The notes beneath the pieces were generated by a model. It searched no databases and had not been told where the DNA came from. It worked only from the letters and a program-made list of their open reading frames with translations. Position numbers and translations under genes: made by a program. A stretch of 64,000 nucleotides of DNA from the IMG/VR virus record IMGVR_UViG_3300031240_000226; one strand, 5' to 3'. Below are positions 58,911 through 64,000 of this stretch, one piece after another. This DNA is from an uncultured virus (IMG/VR IMGVR_UViG_3300031240_000226). Its lineage: Duplodnaviria > Heunggongvirae > Uroviricota > Caudoviricetes. The number at the start of each line of letters is the position of its first letter. The first letter of the stretch is position 1.

Positions 58911-60452
58911 TTATGGTTCATAAATTATTGTCACATATCCTCTATTCCCTCCAGCACTATAACTTCCAGAGGCATACAGTCCACCCGCTAAGATGAATAA
59001 TGTTACAGTAGTACTGTCAATTGATTTTACCCCCCCCTGAATTAAGTTTGTGGAATCATAAAATCTTGTCAATGGAGAAACAAGAGATCCTGCATCATTT
59101 GTGATCATCACATCAATTGTTCTAATCTTAGCAATATTTGATAATCCATGCGCTACACCAGTACTTGTAACACTAGACATATTCCATGCACCAATAGAAA
59201 TTACTTTATATAATACATTCGGTGTTCCTGAAATTGTTGGTGCTGTTGGTAATTGTTCATATCGAACAGCATCTCCATTAGTCGAAGCTGCTGCTAGGCC
59301 CGTAATTTTATTTCCTGCCATCGCAATCGGACCACTCATTGTGCCTCCACTCAAGAGTAAATAAAGTCCAATCAATTGTTCATACCTTAATGAATCTCCA
59401 TTGACTGAACCAGCGGCTAATCCAGTCAACTTATGAGCAGCCATTGCAATATTACCGCTCATCGTTCCTCCAGATAAAAGCAAATAATTAGCTAATGAAT
59501 TTGTTAGATTGGTTAATGCTGTAGTGAGATTATTGATCTGTGTTTGTATAGAACTCGTAACTCCAGAAGAGTAATTCAATTCAGTTACGGTAGCAACTAA
59601 ATCTGTGATTGCTGCCACAGTCAATGTGAACCATTGCACATCATAATCAGCATTAGATGCCTTTCTTAATATTTGATGTGAGGTTCCCCCAACTGGCAAT
59701 GGTCCTTGCGCATTCGTGAAACTAATGTTCTGAAATAATATTCTCAATCCTTTAACCACCCAGCCATCTGTAGATGTGTATGCATTCAACTGGATTTGTC
59801 CCGCCGCCATTTCAACCTTGAAAGTAATCGGTGATGTTGTGCCTCCTGCATCGGCGGTTCTTGTCTCATTGAAATCTATATTCGATCCATTCCATGTTGC
59901 GGAAATAATTGAAGTGCGCGATCCCTCTCCTCCGTTCGTTCCCATCGCACTCACAATAAAAAATGCAAACGTACTCAACGCTGCATCAAAAGTGTCTACC
60001 AATGTGCTAGGTGAATCAACTGTTAAATTCTGAAATGTCGTTCCTCCTGGTAATGCCGGCCCTCCCCCTGAGCCGCCTGATGGACTCACATTAGTTGAAC
60101 CGGATGGAAAGAATTGTATTGTACTATTCCGCGCAACAAGCAACGGAATATTTGGTCCTCCGAAGCCTTTCGATAATGTCAGTAAGCCATAAAGAATGTT
60201 GTTGAACTTTTCTTCGTTGGCTGAGGCAGTGTAATAGGCGAGAACATTGCCGCTGGAATCGACGATATTGAAAAGTGTGAGGTAAAGAACATTAGCGGTA
60301 TAAACTTTATCCCGATGATCAGGATCAGTCATATCGATACCCTGTTTCTCTTCTGCAACTATTTGGATTGAAAGTTGAGACAGTGCGTGATAAGCGTTAT
60401 TAATAATCGCTGCGATCTCAGTTTGTGTACGAATGGGTGCGATATTTCCCAT
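58911..60452 (-). CDS. Tail fibre/fibre-base protein
   Basis: ELNYSSGVTSSIQTQIN; duplicated GGTMSG.IAM...TGLAA...GD..RYEQL. Confidence 0.7.
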   Translation of the reverse strand: MGNIAPIRTQTEIAAIINNAYHALSQLSIQIVAEEKQGIDMTDPDHRDKVYTANVLYLTLFNIVDSSGNVLAYYTASANEEKFNNILYGLLTLSKGFGGPNIPLLVARNSTIQFFPSGSTNVSPSGGSGGGPALPGGTTFQNLTVDSPSTLVDTFDAALSTFAFFIVSAMGTNGGEGSRTSIISATWNGSNIDFNETRTADAGGTTSPITFKVEMAAGQIQLNAYTSTDGWVVKGLRILFQNISFTNAQGPLPVGGTSHQILRKASNADYDVQWFTLTVAAITDLVATVTELNYSSGVTSSIQTQINNLTTALTNLTNSLANYLLLSGGTMSGNIAMAAHKLTGLAAGSVNGDSLRYEQLIGLYLLLSGGTMSGPIAMAGNKITGLAAASTNGDAVRYEQLPTAPTISGTPNVLYKVISIGAWNMSSVTSTGVAHGLSNIAKIRTIDVMITNDAGSLVSPLTRFYDSTNLIQGGVKSIDSTTVTLFILAGGLYASGSYSAGGNRGYVTIIYEP

Positions 60453-61117
60453 TATAATGTTGAAGCGGTTTGAGCATCAAGATAGTCCATAATATCTTGT
60501 TCTGCCGAGTAGTTTGCCGATCTGAAAAGGGTCCAAGCAGCGCTTATTAAAGTGCCTCCAATTATTACTGATGATGCCTGCTGCCAGTCCTTGCACTTTC
60601 CGGATTTTACAGAAAGTCCGAACGACGCCAAGGCATCCCCAAGTGGACCGGTTGCCGCCCTCACTGCAGAAAAATTATAAGTCTGAGTGATGTTGACATT
60701 ACTATTTGCAAGATTCAATACTTCAGATAAAATATTTGTGATCAAAGTCCAATCAGGACTAATTCCAGGCGTCCCGCTTGTTGAGGCTACGTTAACGCGA
60801 TAGTATGAACCATTGTAATAAACTGAATTTCCGAGCGTATATGTCCCTGGAGTCCACCCGGTGAACCCGAAAATTATTGCAACTATTGTCCCGTCTTGTT
60901 GAGGTAATGAAAATGTCCAAGCAGTTACAGTATTTGGTGCAGAGTTATCTAATGTTAATTGAGTATCAGTATTATCACTCGCCCTTTTAAAAAGATAAGC
61001 ATATAAATATAATGTGCTTCGTGCGGGGGATGTGTAATGCGTAATGTCAACGAGTTGCGCAGTGGTTAAATCACTGGATACATTTTCGATGTCGGTATTG
61101 AAAACTACAGTGGCCAT
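60452..61117 (-). CDS. Putative structural protein
   Basis: Likely start MATVVF; WTPGTY...VYYNGSYY carbohydrate-binding-like motif. Confidence 0.6.
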   Translation of the reverse strand: MATVVFNTDIENVSSDLTTAQLVDITHYTSPARSTLYLYAYLFKRASDNTDTQLTLDNSAPNTVTAWTFSLPQQDGTIVAIIFGFTGWTPGTYTLGNSVYYNGSYYRVNVASTSGTPGISPDWTLITNILSEVLNLANSNVNITQTYNFSAVRAATGPLGDALASFGLSVKSGKCKDWQQASSVIIGGTLISAAWTLFRSANYSAEQDIMDYLDAQTASTL

Positions 61118-61155
61118 GGCGTATATTTTACACGAATTTACGGAAAAATTACGCA

Positions 61156-61187
61156 TGAAAAAGCCCCCGATCGGACTCGAGGGCTTT
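61156..61187 (-). terminator. Intrinsic terminator
   Basis: AAAGCCC...GGGCTTT stem with T-run on the minus strand. Confidence 0.55.
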
Positions 61188-61231
61188 AACTATGAAACAC
61201 GCGCTTTTGGCAAAGCACTCAAAGGTAACGA

Positions 61232-62263
61232 TTAGTGCCAGAAACTCAAAAGCGACTCAATCTCTGTTTTTGCATCCTGGCCTTCTGGGCTGATGAGGAA
61301 CTTAGCGAAATCTTCCAGCGGTGATTGATCTACCAAGCAAGTCCAAAGAGGAGTTTTGTCGTCGGAACTCAGATAATAATTCTGTGAATCCGGGTCAAAA
61401 TCAATAATACCCAAATCAAGAGCTGTCATGACATTCATCATGGCTGTTGCTGTGTTATCCGGAGATTTGAACAATACTTCTTTTGGATTATCTGCTGCTC
61501 TACGGCGCATTTCCAATCTCATATCGCTGGGTTTCGTAGTTGAGGGTATTCCGAAAGCCGCCGCAAGATTGATTAGTTGATCCAATTTTAATCCAATAAC
61601 ATGACGTTCAGCATCCATAGCCAAATCACGCTTCATTAATTGAACATGCGGAGATTGAAACTCGATATCAATGCGTTTGAATTTTGGCGTGGCATCTGAG
61701 GGCCGATGTTTGTTATTTATATTACCTGGATGCAACTCCCACCACACGAATTTGGGATAGTTTTTGATCACATCAATGTGCACGAGGCCGTGAACAAATT
61801 CAGGCATTTGAATATTTTTATTCACTGAGGTGTCGACAGTCAGTGCATTGGTGTTGTAATATTCATGCACCGCGATGTCATTGGAGTAGATCATCTTCTT
61901 TCTGCGCTTGGCCAAAACTGGTTCCCCGGGATCATAAATTTCATAAATCGGATGCAACTCAGATGGCGCCGGTTCGATTCTGTTTGGCCCCTCAATTACG
62001 CGGTGATCAAATTTTACGTCAGCGCTCAGTAATTGATAGATCGCTAATCTTCTGCGGGTAAGAGGAGGAAGAAGTTCATCACTTAATCCCAGCCCGCTTG
62101 TGTCGAGTTTATCTCGCTTGAATTCGCGCTTCTTGAAAGCAAGTTTCTCTTTGGGAGGAGGAGGAGTGAGGTCTTTTACTGGTAAAGTACCGGAAGGTAC
62201 TTCCAAGGTTTTTGTTGGTTGATCTCCTGTCAGGAAATCTTCCATTGCATCTTTTTTTGCCAT
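61232..62263 (-). CDS. Conserved capsid-adjacent protein (crAss-like)
   Basis: Directly downstream of MCP; WELHPGN, A.DNP..L, ALDLGII. Confidence 0.55.
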   Translation of the reverse strand: MAKKDAMEDFLTGDQPTKTLEVPSGTLPVKDLTPPPPKEKLAFKKREFKRDKLDTSGLGLSDELLPPLTRRRLAIYQLLSADVKFDHRVIEGPNRIEPAPSELHPIYEIYDPGEPVLAKRRKKMIYSNDIAVHEYYNTNALTVDTSVNKNIQMPEFVHGLVHIDVIKNYPKFVWWELHPGNINNKHRPSDATPKFKRIDIEFQSPHVQLMKRDLAMDAERHVIGLKLDQLINLAAAFGIPSTTKPSDMRLEMRRRAADNPKEVLFKSPDNTATAMMNVMTALDLGIIDFDPDSQNYYLSSDDKTPLWTCLVDQSPLEDFAKFLISPEGQDAKTEIESLLSFWH

Positions 62264-62282
62264 TGTTTTTGTCGGTTAAGTG

Positions 62283-62318
62283 AAAAATAAACCTCCCGAG
62301 TGGTTAGTTCGGGAGGTT
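62283..62318 (-). terminator. Intrinsic terminator after major capsid gene
   Basis: AACCTCCCGA/TCGGGAGGTT stem plus T-rich tail. Confidence 0.75.
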
Positions 62319-62324
62319 CTGAAA

Positions 62325-63782
62325 TTAGAATTGAGAAGAAGTACCCAAGATGTGCTTGGATGCTGCTACTACGCGAATTCCTTGTTCTGAGTGATAGTTC
62401 ACATTCAAAACGCGTTGTTCGGAAGTAGGCTGAGGCGCATACGCACCAGTCATCCACACTTTGTAGTACCCACGGGCACCACCACCAGATTGCTGCTTGT
62501 ACATGATCGTAAAGCAATCCATAGGGATACCAGTTTTTGCATCTTCCTTCTTGTCCATTGGCTTCACGATGAAATACCATGGATAAGGGCGACCTGGGAT
62601 GTTGGTCAATTGAGGGTTGTCAAGGATTCTCAATGACTTCAAGTTGAAGGCAGCACCAGGAAGTTTGATTGTGCTGATCTCCAAATCCACGGCCTTGTGT
62701 TCATACACAATGCTACCGTTAGTTCCGATTTGAGTGATCAAATCAGATACCCGGAAGCTGAACTCAGGACCATGCCAGATCATACTGTCGCCAGCCTGAT
62801 TCAGACGGTTGCGCATGCGGTACAAATCCTTGAATAAGGAAAGGGTCACCACATCGTCATACTGCTTTCCAGCGGCATTGGCATTGAGTACCGGAATGTA
62901 ACCATTGGAAGTGGTCAGCGTTTTGTTTGTTCCGGAAATAGGATCGTAAGCAACTGCGTTGGCATCAGCCGTAGGAGTTACAAACAAGCTCATTGCAATG
63001 TAGAGCATGAAGCGCTCTTCGGTCTGACGAGAACCGATGACATACCAGAAATTGATCGTCTGACCATTTTCAGGATCCACAATTGGGTAAGTCTTGTTAC
63101 TCAACTGCTTGTTGGTAGTCTGATACACATCAGCATATTCAGAAAGATATGACCTGATGTTAGTGAATACAGGAATCAACCCTTCTTGACGTCCCCAAGT
63201 TGCTTCTTCGTAAGCTGGGCCAGGGATGGTGATTTGGTCACCTCCCCAAGTCGAACCGGAAAGGGTAAGGGTGGCGATAAGATCAGGATAAGTCGCATTC
63301 AATTTGGTCATGTAAAGACGGTGAGCATTCGCTACCGACTCGCGCTTACCTTGCACGCGCCAGAAATATTGACCTTTGAATTCAACCACATCACCCGTTC
63401 TTGGGTATGACATGGTATTTGCAATAGAACCGGTGGTAGGGGTGTGTGCGCTTGCAGCCAATTGGATGTACTGCAGACCTGCAAAAGCTGCTGGGTCACC
63501 GTTACCTACGGAAGCAACGCCGAAGACGTTGGCCGAAGTGGTATCGGTATTGATGAATGGAGCATCGATGATTCTCCGCTCTTCACGGTGAATAATTTCT
63601 TCTCCTTCAACTTTCTCCATCAAGCCCATCTTCATGAAATCACCGATATCGGTAACCAGAGGGTTGACGTTGAATAAATCTTTGACAATCTGAGGTTCCA
63701 AAAGGAACTCAATATTCGAAATGACAGGATAACTTTCCTGTGACGCGAACGAGAAATCTCGGTACGTGTTTACTGTTGCCAT
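62325..63782 (-). CDS. Major capsid protein (crAss-like HK97 fold)
   Basis: 485 aa, biased codon use, followed by terminator, C-terminal VNYHSEQGIRV..A. Confidence 0.7.
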   Translation of the reverse strand: MATVNTYRDFSFASQESYPVISNIEFLLEPQIVKDLFNVNPLVTDIGDFMKMGLMEKVEGEEIIHREERRIIDAPFINTDTTSANVFGVASVGNGDPAAFAGLQYIQLAASAHTPTTGSIANTMSYPRTGDVVEFKGQYFWRVQGKRESVANAHRLYMTKLNATYPDLIATLTLSGSTWGGDQITIPGPAYEEATWGRQEGLIPVFTNIRSYLSEYADVYQTTNKQLSNKTYPIVDPENGQTINFWYVIGSRQTEERFMLYIAMSLFVTPTADANAVAYDPISGTNKTLTTSNGYIPVLNANAAGKQYDDVVTLSLFKDLYRMRNRLNQAGDSMIWHGPEFSFRVSDLITQIGTNGSIVYEHKAVDLEISTIKLPGAAFNLKSLRILDNPQLTNIPGRPYPWYFIVKPMDKKEDAKTGIPMDCFTIMYKQQSGGGARGYYKVWMTGAYAPQPTSEQRVLNVNYHSEQGIRVVAASKHILGTSSQF

Positions 63783-63821
63783 TTGGGGATTTTTTTAGAT
63801 TAAAACTCCCCGGCTACTATC

Positions 63822-64000
63822 TTACTTTCTTTTGGCTCTACTTGCAGCCTCTTTTTTGCCCAGTTCTGCTAACTGATCTTCAATACTTGGGATGCCTTCT
63901 TTACCTTTCGCGCCACTTTTCTTATCAGGTTTCACACCAGCTAACTGCTCGATGCGAATCGTTTTGGCAAGTTTGATCGCTTCTTTAAACATGCGCTCTT
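63822..64000 (-). CDS. C-terminus of probable scaffold-like protein (partial)
   Basis: Open frame ...ERMFKEAIKLAKTIRIEQLAGVKPDKKSG...RAKRK-stop upstream of MCP. Confidence 0.5.
   Translation of the reverse strand, partial: ERMFKEAIKLAKTIRIEQLAGVKPDKKSGAKGKEGIPSIEDQLAELGKKEAASRAKRK

Noticed and set aside
41555..63976. Numerous + strand ORFs opposite the structural genes
   Set aside because: Antisense shadow ORFs with no recognisable motifs

Overview
This window is a 64-kb piece of a dsDNA podovirus-type phage genome, truncated at both ends. The host is probably a Bacteroidota species, judged from TTTG-N20-TAnnTTTG promoters, the lack of Shine-Dalgarno sequences, a DUF3127 SSB-like gene and crAss-like structural genes. 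Layout: (i) a leftward early block (1-7.6 kb) with a 66-bp-repeat BspA-type LRR gene missed by the ORF track, a DUF4942-type methyltransferase, an LPD29 protein, a DnaN sliding clamp, a T5orf172 nuclease and a serine recombinase; (ii) a divergent control region (7.56-8.2 kb) with a strand-skew switch, a parS-like site and an 18-bp palindrome, followed by three RHH-like genes; (iii) replication/recombination genes (VapE ATPase, Dam-like MTase, RecT, RecE-like nuclease, Pol X, VRR-NUC, SSB-like) plus groEL-groES; (iv) a leftward glycosyltransferase/methyltransferase cluster (26.4-33.9 kb); (v) a small rightward island with a second, tandem GroES-like gene; (vi) leftward lysis and virion genes (holins, two lysins with one apparently catalytically dead, fibres, three ejection-type proteins with the largest carrying a polyvalent-protein kinase domain, nozzle, ring proteins, major capsid). 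Two non-coding systems stand out: a dispersed ATACAAAT-NN-ATTTGTAT operator-like family, and a CGACAAA start-leader motif with antisense copies next to terminators. All family assignments are by motif recognition only; no searches were run. No tRNA, rRNA, CRISPR array, reverse transcriptase, terminase or replicative polymerase was seen in this window.
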